Source: a virus (Duplodnaviria; Caudoviricetes). From it: a stretch of DNA of 64,000 bases. Position numbers and translations under genes: made by a program. Of the stretch, positions 29,835 to 40,109 are shown in pieces. The notes under the pieces are model-generated. The model saw nothing but the letters and a program-made list of their open reading frames with translations. It was not told where the DNA came from and searched no databases. The DNA lies in IMG/VR virus record IMGVR_UViG_2775506835_000006, positions 1-64,000 of that record. One strand, given 5' to 3'. The number at the start of each line of letters is the position of its first letter. The stretch's first letter is position 1.

Positions 29835-30414
29835 CCAGCATGATATCTCAGTTGAAAATCTATTGGTTGTTCTTCCTGACGTGCTCCGGAACGATGAAAA
29901 CATGCGAGCTTTAGCGACCTCAATTTCCAGTGTATTGGCAAAACGGACGGAAGAAATTCAAAGGCTGATGATATACTCCCGGATCAATGAGCTTCCGGAA
30001 GAATTGCTGGATATATTGGCCCATGATTTCAAAGTCGATTGGTGGGATGGAGATTACACGCTGGAGGAAAAGCGTAAGACGTTAAAAGAAAGTTGGCGTG
30101 TTCACCGAACCCTCGGTACAAAAGCAGCGGTAGAGACGGCAATTTCAGCTATTTATCCTGATACACAGGTAAGCGAGTGGTTTCAATACGGCGGTGCCCC
30201 TTATCATTTTAAACTGCTGATCGACGCCACATATGAAGATGTAGATCCTGAGAAGTATCGACGTGTTCTCGAAAAAGTGGACTACTACAAAAATTTACGT
30301 TCTGTGCTGGATGAAGTGGAATATTACGACTCAGGCGGCACGGCTGCTGTCTATGCGGCAGCCGCTTGCATCGGATGTGAAGTTGAAGATGGAGCAACGG
30401 CAGAGCATTATTAG
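29827..30414 (+). CDS. Tail protein I (P2 gpI-like)
   Basis: LLDILA..VD.W..H..GT..AV..EWF.YGG.PYHF. Confidence 0.88.
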   Translation: MNSQHDISVENLLVVLPDVLRNDENMRALATSISSVLAKRTEEIQRLMIYSRINELPEELLDILAHDFKVDWWDGDYTLEEKRKTLKESWRVHRTLGTKAAVETAISAIYPDTQVSEWFQYGGAPYHFKLLIDATYEDVDPEKYRRVLEKVDYYKNLRSVLDEVEYYDSGGTAAVYAAAACIGCEVEDGATAEHY

Positions 30415-30431
30415 ACGGAGGTGTTTTTTCT

Positions 30432-32102
30432 ATGGCAAATTGGATCGGCGTCGTCACAAACGTCGGTAATGCACTCTTTTCTCAATGGCTCGTTGGGACC
30501 AAACTAAATATTAGTAGCGCTGCAGCAGGTACAGGAACTGTTCCACCCGCAGCTTTGCTTGCGCAGACGGCTCTTGTAAATCAAAAGCAGGTAGCGAGCA
30601 TAGTGTCTTACGAACGTATGGAAAAGGGAATTAAACTCAAAGTGCAAATCACTGCACCGCAAACTGGCTATTTTCTCAATCAGTTTGGCTTATGGGGAAC
30701 TTTGGACAGCGGAACGCCAACGATGGTTGCTATTTTCCAGAACGAAGACAGCATTCCAATTCCCAATCATGCAGATTCCCCTGACTTTGTGTATACTTTC
30801 TACGGTATTATTGCCATGTCTAACACGGGAGATTTTTCGGTAACGGTTGATGCCAGTGCAGTAGTTTCGATGTCTACAATGACTGCAGCTATTTCTGAAG
30901 CTGTTGCAACGAAGCAAGAGGCAATTAAAACTGTCGGTGTATTAAAAGGACAGGGAAACGGTTCTGTGTCTGCAGCGCTCGCTGGAACAGACTATGTTAC
31001 ACCAAGCAACCTGAACAGCGCAGTAGAAACGCACAGCACTAATTCAGCTGCTCATAGAGATATCCGGCAAGCAGTTGAAACAGCACAGACGGCGGCAAAC
31101 GACGCAAAGGCGGTTGCGAATGGAATCACTTTAGGGTCAATTTCCGGAATATTGCCGGTCAGCCGCGGGGGTACGGGAAAGACAAGCTGGGTTGCCAATC
31201 GTTTGGCTTATCCTTCGGGTAGCACGACGATGACGCAACTTCTTAATCCGACGACATCCGGTTCGTTTCTGCGTCAAAACACCAGCGGCGCTCCATTTTG
31301 GACAGGACCAGCCGATGTGCTTGGAGCAATCGGCGCCGTACCAGAAACACGCACAATAAATGGGAAGGCTCTAACAGGCAATATCACTTTGACCGCACCA
31401 GAGATGGGCGCTCCGTCTTTGGGGAATGACGGGAAAATCTCATTGGAGCAGATGCCCAATATTCCGCCTGCTGTCACTACATCGGGAAGTGGAAGTGCGT
31501 ATACCGCTACGATTGATGGTATCACAGAAATTTCAAAAGGATTGCTTATCACAATTATCCCACACACATCGAGCACCAGCGTCAGTCCTACACTCAACCT
31601 CAACGGAATGGGCGCAAAGACGATCAAACGGCGATACAGCTATACCAATGATAGTATGGCAAGCGGACAAACCAGCAGCTGGCTTTATTCTGGCAGAACT
31701 CAATTGTTGCAGTATGACGGCGGTTATTGGATTGCCATTGGTGCCAATAAACCTTATGGTCCGGATATGTACGGTACAGTGGGAATTTCCAATGGCGGTA
31801 CTGGGAAGACAAGCTGGACCAGCAATCGCTTGGTTTATGCTTCCACAAGTTCTACGTTAACACAGTTAGCGCCGCCAACTTCTGGAACAGGATATTTATC
31901 GCAGGGTGTAAGCGGTGCACCATCCTGGGTTTTTCCAGCTAATATGGAAGTTGGCAGAGCAGATTTTTCAACAGAATCTGCTTCTGCAACTGAGGCGGTT
32001 CATGCTTTGGATTCCGATAGTGTAAACGGATACACAATTGTCGTTTCTGATTCAGCACCAACCGATGTTGTGCCTGGGCGGATCACTCTTGTATATGAAT
32101 AG
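30432..32102 (+). CDS. Tail fibre protein
   Basis: Position after gpI; RTINGKAL and two GGTGKTSW repeats. Confidence 0.8.
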   Translation: MANWIGVVTNVGNALFSQWLVGTKLNISSAAAGTGTVPPAALLAQTALVNQKQVASIVSYERMEKGIKLKVQITAPQTGYFLNQFGLWGTLDSGTPTMVAIFQNEDSIPIPNHADSPDFVYTFYGIIAMSNTGDFSVTVDASAVVSMSTMTAAISEAVATKQEAIKTVGVLKGQGNGSVSAALAGTDYVTPSNLNSAVETHSTNSAAHRDIRQAVETAQTAANDAKAVANGITLGSISGILPVSRGGTGKTSWVANRLAYPSGSTTMTQLLNPTTSGSFLRQNTSGAPFWTGPADVLGAIGAVPETRTINGKALTGNITLTAPEMGAPSLGNDGKISLEQMPNIPPAVTTSGSGSAYTATIDGITEISKGLLITIIPHTSSTSVSPTLNLNGMGAKTIKRRYSYTNDSMASGQTSSWLYSGRTQLLQYDGGYWIAIGANKPYGPDMYGTVGISNGGTGKTSWTSNRLVYASTSSTLTQLAPPTSGTGYLSQGVSGAPSWVFPANMEVGRADFSTESASATEAVHALDSDSVNGYTIVVSDSAPTDVVPGRITLVYE

Positions 32103-32114
32103 GAGGATTTGCTC

Positions 32115-33062
32115 ATGCCTTTATATTTGGATTCAAGCTCAACCAATCAAAAAATTTCTAAAATTTATATTGATTCTTCGGATAGTGTGCAAAAGGTAGT
32201 AAAAGAAGCGTGGCTGGCAGATGAAGCGGGTGTAAACCGAAAAATATTCAGTATGGGTATTCCTATTGGTCAGCTTCCTATTGGTAGTGTCGTAAAAGAT
32301 ATAAACACAAAATACAATGATGCAGTTATAAGGTTCATTGTAGGGTATAAGGATGTAAATGCCGTACGACTGATTACAGAACGAATTATTACCTTAAAGT
32401 GCTTTGACGCAAAGGAACCTACAAATCCAAACAGCCAGAGGAAAAGCTATGGAAATAACCGTTATAGCCAATCTAATATAGATCAATGGTTGAACAGTAC
32501 TGCTACTGCTGGCACATGGTATAATGCACGCCATGAATACGATACACCTCCTGCAAGTGCAAACGTTAGCAGTAACTATTACGATCAACAGCCTGGGTTT
32601 TTAGTGGGCTTTTCAGAACCTCTTAAAAACATCCTTCAGGATGATACTGTTGTAATCGCTTTAAATACAGTCTCGGATGGAGGAGGGTCGGAAACAATCA
32701 CTAGAAAGGTTCGCCTTATCACCAGGACAGAAGCAGGAAAAGGAAATGAAAATGGAATTGTTGAAGGGGCTCAATGGGAATATTTTAAAAGTTACCAAAA
32801 CCGCCAAGCATTTCCTACATATGAAGCAGCTCAACAGTCTGAATATTCTGTATCGGCCTCCCAACCTTGGTGGTGGTTTTTGGCTACACCGTATATTGGG
32901 CGTGCAGGATCTGTTCGATTTATCTCGGAAAATGATGATCCGATTAGTTTCAAGAATGCTTATGACGGAAGTGGTGGGATTCGACCAGCAATATTTTTGT
33001 CGCCTACTACCTTAGTATTTCCGAAGCCAGATACGGACGGCGCATATATGTTGCAATTTTAA
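32115..33062 (+). CDS. DUF6273-like (C-type lectin fold) receptor-binding protein
   Basis: FDAKE, YGNNRY..SNI.QWLN, C-terminal WWW..TP..GIRPA. Confidence 0.75.
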   Translation: MPLYLDSSSTNQKISKIYIDSSDSVQKVVKEAWLADEAGVNRKIFSMGIPIGQLPIGSVVKDINTKYNDAVIRFIVGYKDVNAVRLITERIITLKCFDAKEPTNPNSQRKSYGNNRYSQSNIDQWLNSTATAGTWYNARHEYDTPPASANVSSNYYDQQPGFLVGFSEPLKNILQDDTVVIALNTVSDGGGSETITRKVRLITRTEAGKGNENGIVEGAQWEYFKSYQNRQAFPTYEAAQQSEYSVSASQPWWWFLATPYIGRAGSVRFISENDDPISFKNAYDGSGGIRPAIFLSPTTLVFPKPDTDGAYMLQF

Positions 33063-33075
33063 GAGGAACATAAAT

Positions 33076-33843
33076 ATGGATATAAAAAAGGATCTTTTGA
33101 CAATTAATTCCTACAGCCGGCCCGGTACAAAGCTTAGCAAAGTTACCAAGATTGCAGTACACTACGTCGGCAATCCAGGAAGCACGGCACAGGCCAATCG
33201 GAACTATTTTGAATCGCTAAAGGAAGGAAAGTGCAACAGTAGCGGCCAGCTGATTTATGCATCATCCCACTATATCGTTGGATTGGATGGAGAGATTCTC
33301 CAGTGTATCCCGGAAATGGAGATCAGTTACGCGACGAACCAAGCCAACCTGTATAGCATCAGCATTGAGTGCTGCCACCCGGCGGCGGACGGCAAGTTTA
33401 CAGTGGCCACAGAACGGGCGCTGGTTGTCCTCTGCGCCGATCTCTGCCAGCGGTACAAGCTCGATCCTCTGAAAGATATCATTCGTCATTACGATGTGAC
33501 GAAAAAGGTGTGTCCAAAGTACTATGTTGATCATCCGGAGGCCTACGAGGATTTCAGGCAACGCGTGCGAAGCTTAATGGTTATTGAGATTGACACCACC
33601 ATGGACGTCGTACGGCGGCACGGAGACTGCTACACGGTAGCTATGAAATGTGTAGACAAGCCGGTGATCTATCCCGGCACAGAAAAGGTTGTGACGGTCT
33701 GCCCACCCTACCCCTACGGCGGCGGCTGGCGGGCGAATATCGTTGCGATAAACCAGGCAGGGAGCAGCACGGGGATTTATACGCGCCTTCCGGATCAGGA
33801 TAAGACGGACGGTGTACTGCGGTTTGAGTTTAAAATTACATAA
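33076..33843 (+). CDS. Endolysin, N-acetylmuramoyl-L-alanine amidase (Amidase_2)
   Basis: VHYVGN, SSHY, SIECC, RHYDVT.K.CP. Confidence 0.92.
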   Translation: MDIKKDLLTINSYSRPGTKLSKVTKIAVHYVGNPGSTAQANRNYFESLKEGKCNSSGQLIYASSHYIVGLDGEILQCIPEMEISYATNQANLYSISIECCHPAADGKFTVATERALVVLCADLCQRYKLDPLKDIIRHYDVTKKVCPKYYVDHPEAYEDFRQRVRSLMVIEIDTTMDVVRRHGDCYTVAMKCVDKPVIYPGTEKVVTVCPPYPYGGGWRANIVAINQAGSSTGIYTRLPDQDKTDGVLRFEFKIT

Positions 33844-33858
33844 TAGGAGGATGGACTT

Positions 33859-34347
33859 ATGAACGAACACACCATTATTGGAATCAAAGCAACTATTACT
33901 GCGGCCTGCGCCGCTATGTCTGCCTGGCTGGGTTGGTTTGGGTGGCTCGTCGTCGCTTGGGCTGCATGCATGGTCTTGGATTACCTCACCGGATCGGCGG
34001 CGGCATGCAGAGCCGGCGAATGGAGTAGCGCAATAGCAAGGGACGGACTGTGGCATAAAGCAGGAGCAATCGTTGCAGTCGCTGCATCTCTACTAACGGA
34101 TATTTTAGTTGGTTTGGTTGTCAATCACATTCCTGCTATTTCTCTGCCGTTTGCATACACAGTGCTCTTCTGCCCAGTTGTAATCGTGTGGTATATTTTA
34201 ACTGAATTAGGATCAATTGTCGAAAATGCCGGTAAGCTGGGCGCTCCCGTTCCGCCTTTTTTGGCGCGAGTAATTACCATTTGCAAGGGAAGCGTGGATG
34301 CTGCCGGAGATAAGATCTCAGAAGAAAAAGAGGATAAACAGGACTGA
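33859..34347 (+). CDS. Holin (phage holin 4_1-like)
   Basis: DYLTG..SS..G..K..E.GSI.EN..G.PVP. Confidence 0.9.
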   Translation: MNEHTIIGIKATITAACAAMSAWLGWFGWLVVAWAACMVLDYLTGSAAACRAGEWSSAIARDGLWHKAGAIVAVAASLLTDILVGLVVNHIPAISLPFAYTVLFCPVVIVWYILTELGSIVENAGKLGAPVPPFLARVITICKGSVDAAGDKISEEKEDKQD

Positions 34348-34354
34348 CAACAAC

Positions 34355-34388
34355 AGCGCCCTGCTTCGTGAGTGGAGCAGGGCGCTTT
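34355..34388 (+). terminator. Hairpin after holin (probable terminator, short T tail)
   Basis: AGCGCCCTGCTTC..GGAGCAGGGCGCT-TT. Confidence 0.6.
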
Positions 34389-34409
34389 CGTTATTTTGGG
34401 GGTATTCAT

Positions 34410-36398
34410 ATGATTACTTTAAATGACAAGTGGATATTATTAGGCAATTGGGGGGATACGGATCTCGGATATGCAGGCGAAAACGAGGTGCGTATCATGC
34501 ATATACAAATGCCCGAAGTTCTGTATAACGATTGGAGCATTGTTATAGACGTCAAATACGATAATACGAAAAAGAATATTTGGGCAACTGAAAAGAGCAT
34601 AGACAATGGGAAACTGATTCTGTCAACTGTGATCAGAAAGGAGTATATTCCAAAAGAAGGAAATATCCATATTCAGGTTCGTGCGTCAAGCTCTGATGGC
34701 AGAGTTAAAAAATCGTCCTTACTTACCCTAAACATTAAAGATAGCATTAATGCCCCGGATATGGTTCCATTGCCACTTCCATCCGAGTTCTATGAATACG
34801 AACAGAATGTCATAAGTGCAAAATCTGCGGCTGAAATTGCAGCAAGTCGTGCTGGACTATCTGAACAGTCTGCGGAAAACTCGGTAGCAGAATGTGAACG
34901 CATTCTTGAAGAGGTAAAGGACAATAACACTTGGCGTGAATATGGACAAACACCTTGCAAATTTAATTTATCATTATTTGGAGAAGTAAAGTTAAAATCA
35001 GAAGGAGAATGTTCATATTGTATCTATTCCGATACGGTTAAGGACATGGCGAGCCAAGAACGAAATTATTATGGCAGCATTACGGAAGACACCAGCCGTG
35101 GTTACTATGAGTTTACGTTGGGCAGCAAAGCAACTGCCTGGTATAATGTGTACTTCAAAATGACTTTCTCTAAACTGGAAATAGGGAAGGCGTACAAGAT
35201 TTATGTTGATACTACCGGGTTGCAGCCAGGCTCTACGACTGCAACCATGATGTATGGACAATTTCTTTTGGCTGAATTGATCAACGGTCAAAAGGGAAAT
35301 CAAATCATGGCGCCAACGCGTATATCTTCAGCAGGGCTACATGGATTCGAGTTTGTGCCAACGACTGCTGATATTATCTTGGAGTACTATCCGGGCAATG
35401 TATTAGCAGAACTTGTTGCAGGTTACCAGTTCCGTTTTCGTGATTTATATGTAAACCGATCGGGTAGCGGGGATGAGCACACACCTATTTATGAAAAGAG
35501 GGGCATATTTAATGGCGAGACTATAATACAGGATGCAGTTTCCGGTTTGAATCTTGAATCGGTTCCGGTTTGCACTGTATGGTATTCTAAAGCACAATCT
35601 AACGTTTATACAGTCAACGGTATTCGCCCGGACGATACCGGGAACGTACTGCTCCAGAAACCTCCTTTATCGAGGCTGGAGGGTAAGATACTGGCCTGCT
35701 TTGGAGACAGTATTACAGGGAATTTTCAGCCGCCGGTGGACTATCCTTCCGTAATTGCAAAGCTGACCGGTATGCAGGTATATAACTTTGGGGTGGGCGG
35801 CTGCCGGATGTCTCAGCACCCGGATCAGTATTATGACGCCTTTAGCATGTACCGGCTGGCAGACGCCGTAACTACTGGAAATTTTGCGTTACAGGAAGCG
35901 GCGGTGGGGCATACCGCAAATTATGCAGCCGACCGCGTGACATCATTAAAATCTATTGACTGGACAAAAGTGGACTATGTTACCATTCTATTTGGAACAA
36001 ACGATATTCAGGGAGGCGTGTCACTGGATATCGTAAATGATCCCAAAGATGTCACAACTTACCTGGGTGCTGCCCGGTACAGCCTGGAAGCGCTCTGGAA
36101 CCGCTATCCGAATCTGCGGGTTTTGCTTTTGACTCCCATTTATCGCTACTGGGATAATGAACGTATTGATAGCGATGAAAAAATGTTTGGAAACAGGCAC
36201 TTTTACGAATTTGGAAATGCGCTTCTTCAGTTGGCAAAGGATTACAAAACACCAGCGCTGGATTTATATTATACTTTGGGAATCAACAAATACAACCGGG
36301 GGCAGTATTTCTCAACTGGCGATGGGACACATCCAAATGATGCGGGCCGCGTGTTGTTGGGAGAAAAGGTCGCATGGAAGCTGCTGAGTGAGTTTTAA
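34410..36398 (+). CDS. Tail-associated protein: BppU-like N-terminus, C-terminal SGNH/GDSL hydrolase
   Basis: LGYAGEN N-terminal motif, VNGIRPDDTGNV, FGDSIT, GTND, DGTHPN. Confidence 0.88.
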   Translation: MITLNDKWILLGNWGDTDLGYAGENEVRIMHIQMPEVLYNDWSIVIDVKYDNTKKNIWATEKSIDNGKLILSTVIRKEYIPKEGNIHIQVRASSSDGRVKKSSLLTLNIKDSINAPDMVPLPLPSEFYEYEQNVISAKSAAEIAASRAGLSEQSAENSVAECERILEEVKDNNTWREYGQTPCKFNLSLFGEVKLKSEGECSYCIYSDTVKDMASQERNYYGSITEDTSRGYYEFTLGSKATAWYNVYFKMTFSKLEIGKAYKIYVDTTGLQPGSTTATMMYGQFLLAELINGQKGNQIMAPTRISSAGLHGFEFVPTTADIILEYYPGNVLAELVAGYQFRFRDLYVNRSGSGDEHTPIYEKRGIFNGETIIQDAVSGLNLESVPVCTVWYSKAQSNVYTVNGIRPDDTGNVLLQKPPLSRLEGKILACFGDSITGNFQPPVDYPSVIAKLTGMQVYNFGVGGCRMSQHPDQYYDAFSMYRLADAVTTGNFALQEAAVGHTANYAADRVTSLKSIDWTKVDYVTILFGTNDIQGGVSLDIVNDPKDVTTYLGAARYSLEALWNRYPNLRVLLLTPIYRYWDNERIDSDEKMFGNRHFYEFGNALLQLAKDYKTPALDLYYTLGINKYNRGQYFSTGDGTHPNDAGRVLLGEKVAWKLLSEF

Positions 36399-36573
36399 TG
36401 TCATAAATTACCTCTAGCCCCCGGTGAATGTGGCAGTCTCTTCATGGGGACAAAGCGCTCGACCTCTTTATTGCCAAAATTGCAGGTTAGGGGCTCTTTT
36501 ATATTTAATGACTATTACACAAAATCTTGATATAATAGGACACACCAAGATAAGTTTGGAAGGGAGTAGTGGT

Positions 36574-37158
36574 ATGTCTAATACTGGAAAATTGTTTGAA
36601 GACCTTGTGTACAATATAGTTGTAAGCCAAGTCAATAAGGGGCAATTTTTACTATCTGACCCTAATGTACGTGTTTGCAGGAATGCAAAATACTACTCGA
36701 AAGATAGAGAGGCAAATATTGAGTGCGAAATATCCGTAGAAAAATATCTAATAGATCCAAGTACTAACACTGATGTGCGACCGTCTATTATTGTAATTAT
36801 AGAATGCAAAGACTATTCAGGACCTATTCCAGTCAGTGATGTAGAAGAGTTTCATGCTAAGTTGCAGCAGATCGGTGCGGACAACACGAAAGGTATTATA
36901 ATTATAAGATCGGGATACTATCAAAAGAGTGCTTTAAAGTATGCGCTATCAAAAGGGATTACCTTAGCAAGGATAATGCCTGAAAATCAAGTGAGCTATA
37001 TTTTGTATAGAAGGGCAAACAGCTTTTCGAACGTTTTAGGTGCAAGCATGTTCCGAGCGCTCACTGAGCCGGGTTTTTGTTCAGATGATGGCGAGGAATT
37101 TTTTTCATTATCCGGAGAAAAGTGCTTATGTAGCCTTATTGATAATTTAATAAAATAA
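36574..37158 (+). CDS. Mrr-like PD-(D/E)XK restriction endonuclease
   Basis: GKLFE, IECKDY, V..VEEF..K. Confidence 0.75.
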   Translation: MSNTGKLFEDLVYNIVVSQVNKGQFLLSDPNVRVCRNAKYYSKDREANIECEISVEKYLIDPSTNTDVRPSIIVIIECKDYSGPIPVSDVEEFHAKLQQIGADNTKGIIIIRSGYYQKSALKYALSKGITLARIMPENQVSYILYRRANSFSNVLGASMFRALTEPGFCSDDGEEFFSLSGEKCLCSLIDNLIK

Positions 37159-37208
37159 ACAATTCTCCTGATCAGCTGTAACAGCCTATCAGGAGAATTG
37201 TTTATTTT
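37151..37208. terminator. Bidirectional terminator
   Basis: 21-bp perfect stem AAAATAAACAATTCTCCTGAT / ATCAGGAGAATTGTTTATTTT between convergent genes. Confidence 0.85.
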
Positions 37209-37329
37209 ACGTTATATTGAGTTTTAGTTGCCTTCCGCCCATAATTTCAAGGGTAGCTTCCGTATCCATAATCCACTGGTCTTTTTCTTTGCGCGACACG
37301 ATCACCGGAATGGGGGCCAGTTTTCCATT

Positions 37330-38694
37330 TTATAGGATGCTTTTTAAAAGTTCCACCGCACTTTCTTCGGTGGGATCGTTTGTACCAAGCTCCCCGCGAA
37401 AAGCACGGGAGAGGATAGATTTTTTAATGAGGTCAATGTTGTCAAGCATAGAACAGAGTTCCTTTGCCTTTTGCTCTTTGGCAAAGAAGTCGTCAAGGAT
37501 ACGGACGATTTCGGTTTGCTCAACTAAAGGAGGTAGATATAGGGGATATGTTTCCATGAAATCTTTTGGTACACGTTGTTGCCCCACTGCGCCGCTCATA
37601 ACTGCTTGTGCTTTATCCCTAAAAGTACGGTTACGTACAATGTAATATAAATATCGGTTATATAACTCTTTTTCGCACCTTAATACAAAAAATTCAGTTG
37701 ATCCATAGCCAATGTCGTTTATTAATTTACCAATTATGGCCGACTTTCCGTTCTCCATACAAGGAGTAATTTTCGCAAATACAACGTCACCTTCTGAAAA
37801 ATTTGTAAATCCAGTACGAACGTCTTTCAGCTTTCGCTTTTGCGGTGCCACTATTGCTCCGTGGATTTCGGACAATGAAGCCATTGGAAAAAAAGAGACA
37901 TCAAGACTGTCAGGCAGATCTTTTGTATTGGCTTTTTTGGGGTTGACAGTACAAACTTGGCGCAATTCAAATTTTTTCCATGTTTCTATATCCACATCGT
38001 TTTCCCTGCGCCATTTGGTAGTCAGCTCGCCAGTAAAGGCTTTATGGAGAATGGCGGCCTTACGGGTTTCAAAACTGTCTAGTGCTGCCTGTGCCTTTTC
38101 CTTGACCTCGTCCAGCTTGGAAAATAGTCTTTCGATACGGCCAACGATACGTTGTTGCTCGGCAAGGGGAGGTAGTGGTATAGGATAATTTTGAACGTAC
38201 TTTGGCTGTGCTCTCATCAAAGATCCACCAACACCAGATACATTTGAAAGCATAAATTCTCTAAAATACTTTGATTGGTAACACCACATTAAATAGTCTG
38301 GACTAATCTGGGGCGCACGAATTATAATCCATTCTGATGATGCCAAAAGAATATTTTCTGTATGCTTGGACACTTTCCATACGCGGTTAATTCGAGGATT
38401 GATTTTGCACAACAAAATATCGTTCTTCTCTACCAGTTGTTTCGTTGAGCCAATTTCGCTTCCATATACAATTTCAGGGGAATTTTCTGCACTGCTTGGA
38501 ACACTGTATAATTCAAATGTTGAATCTGGTGACTGTATTGGATTAATTGAAGTACCTCGATATTTATTTATTGCTACAACTCTCGTCCAACACCAATTCC
38601 CCGGCACAGGATATGGTTGCTCTGCCTCTGGCACCAACGCCTGTTCCAGCCGTTCCTCCAATGTGAGGTCATCTGCTTTTTTTGCTTTTGCCAT
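37330..38694 (-). CDS. hsdS: Type I RM specificity subunit
   Basis: Two TRDs with PLPPLAEQQRIV and LPPLVEQTEIV; AF.GEL repeats. Confidence 0.95.
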   Translation of the reverse strand: MAKAKKADDLTLEERLEQALVPEAEQPYPVPGNWCWTRVVAINKYRGTSINPIQSPDSTFELYSVPSSAENSPEIVYGSEIGSTKQLVEKNDILLCKINPRINRVWKVSKHTENILLASSEWIIIRAPQISPDYLMWCYQSKYFREFMLSNVSGVGGSLMRAQPKYVQNYPIPLPPLAEQQRIVGRIERLFSKLDEVKEKAQAALDSFETRKAAILHKAFTGELTTKWRRENDVDIETWKKFELRQVCTVNPKKANTKDLPDSLDVSFFPMASLSEIHGAIVAPQKRKLKDVRTGFTNFSEGDVVFAKITPCMENGKSAIIGKLINDIGYGSTEFFVLRCEKELYNRYLYYIVRNRTFRDKAQAVMSGAVGQQRVPKDFMETYPLYLPPLVEQTEIVRILDDFFAKEQKAKELCSMLDNIDLIKKSILSRAFRGELGTNDPTEESAVELLKSIL

Positions 38695-40109
38695 TACTCT
38701 ACCTCCAATGCTCGCAGCTCTTTCACCACGCTCATCAGAAGGTCAACGGCTTCTTCCAGCTGTGCAATGGCTTCTTCCGCACTGTCAGCAGGGTCGGGGA
38801 GGTCGTTATAGTCCAAAACGCTGTCGTCCCGAATCAAACCGAGATCAAGGCTGTTGCTCTTGGCGGCAATCTCCTCGCGCGTGAAACAGTTCCAGCGTTC
38901 ATCCTGTACCGTGTGACGGTCATCCGAGCGGTAAGCCGCCTCAAAGCTCGTAAAATGTTCCGTTTTTAGTGGATTTGTCTTGCCGAAGGAAGGCATATTG
39001 GTGCGCAAATCATAGAACCAGACCTCTTTTGTATTGCCCTTATCCGCCGCTCCGCGCGTGAAAAACAGCACATTGGTTTTTACGCCCTGCGCATAAAAAA
39101 TTCCGGTGGGCAGACGCAACACCGTATGCAGATTGCATTTTTCCATCAAGTCCTCACGGATCTTCTCTCCATCACCGTCGGCAAACAAGACGTTATCTGG
39201 TAGCACCACAGCGGCGCGCGATTTCCCATTTGGTTTCAAGCTTCGATAAATGTGTTGCAAGAAATTAAGCTGCTTATTGCTGGTGGGGTAGGTAAAGTCG
39301 TCACGGGTAGCTCGCTCACCGCCCTTCTTAGTACCGAAAGGCGGATTGGTCAGCACCACATCAAATCCGCTCATTTGCTTACCGAAGTTGGAGAGGGTAT
39401 CACCCAGCAAAATTTGTCCGTCAATATCATGGAGCATGGCGTTCATCAAAGCGAGACGGTGGGTTTCGTGCACCAGCTCACATCCGGTGAAGGCCGCTTC
39501 TCGCTGAAATTTGGCGGTATCGGCATCCAAATCGAAAAGCTGATCAGTGTGTTCTTTAATATAGCGGTCGGCGGCGATCATAAAGCCAAACGTGCCGCAG
39601 GCAGGGTCGTTGCATTTTTCTCCGGCCTGTGGGTCAACAAGGCGGGTCATTACATCGATCAGTACGCGAGGCGTAAAATACTGTCCGGCGCCAGACTTCT
39701 TTTCATTGGCATTCTTTTCAAGCAATCCTTCATAGAGATTGCCCAACCCCTCTTCCCGGGCGGAATACCAGTCCAGAGAATCGATGGTGGCAATGATTTT
39801 TTCAAGGTTTTTCGGTTCTTCGATGTTGGAGGAAGCCCCTTGGTAAATCTCCCGGACACGTCCGGTGCATTGCTCACCCAGGTGGTTAAGCAGTTCTTTG
39901 TAAAAATGTTTCAACTCCGTACCGCTTAAAGCAGTCAGTTTATTCCAGCGATAATCCTCTGGAATGTGCTCTTCGGTACCTGTTTCTTTTGCCATTTTTA
40001 AAAAAAGAATATACGTGAGTTCGGTGACATATTGGTGGTAGGTAATCCCATCATCCCGCAGTACGTTACATAAGTTCCATAGTTTTGATACGATTTCTTG
40101 GGTTGTCAT
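38694..40109 (-). CDS. hsdM: Type I RM methyltransferase (m6A)
   Basis: GQYFTPR, DPACGT, NPPF. Confidence 0.96.
   Translation of the reverse strand: MTTQEIVSKLWNLCNVLRDDGITYHQYVTELTYILFLKMAKETGTEEHIPEDYRWNKLTALSGTELKHFYKELLNHLGEQCTGRVREIYQGASSNIEEPKNLEKIIATIDSLDWYSAREEGLGNLYEGLLEKNANEKKSGAGQYFTPRVLIDVMTRLVDPQAGEKCNDPACGTFGFMIAADRYIKEHTDQLFDLDADTAKFQREAAFTGCELVHETHRLALMNAMLHDIDGQILLGDTLSNFGKQMSGFDVVLTNPPFGTKKGGERATRDDFTYPTSNKQLNFLQHIYRSLKPNGKSRAAVVLPDNVLFADGDGEKIREDLMEKCNLHTVLRLPTGIFYAQGVKTNVLFFTRGAADKGNTKEVWFYDLRTNMPSFGKTNPLKTEHFTSFEAAYRSDDRHTVQDERWNCFTREEIAAKSNSLDLGLIRDDSVLDYNDLPDPADSAEEAIAQLEEAVDLLMSVVKELRALEVE

Noticed and set aside
37207-37329. Possible SRAP-like C-terminal remnant after hsdS (KLAPIPVIV..DQWI)
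   Set aside because: No start codon, key residues absent, similarity too weak to call.
37330-38694. Phase-variable (invertible) hsdS locus
   Set aside because: Single hsdS, no silent TRD copies, long inverted repeats or recombinase nearby.
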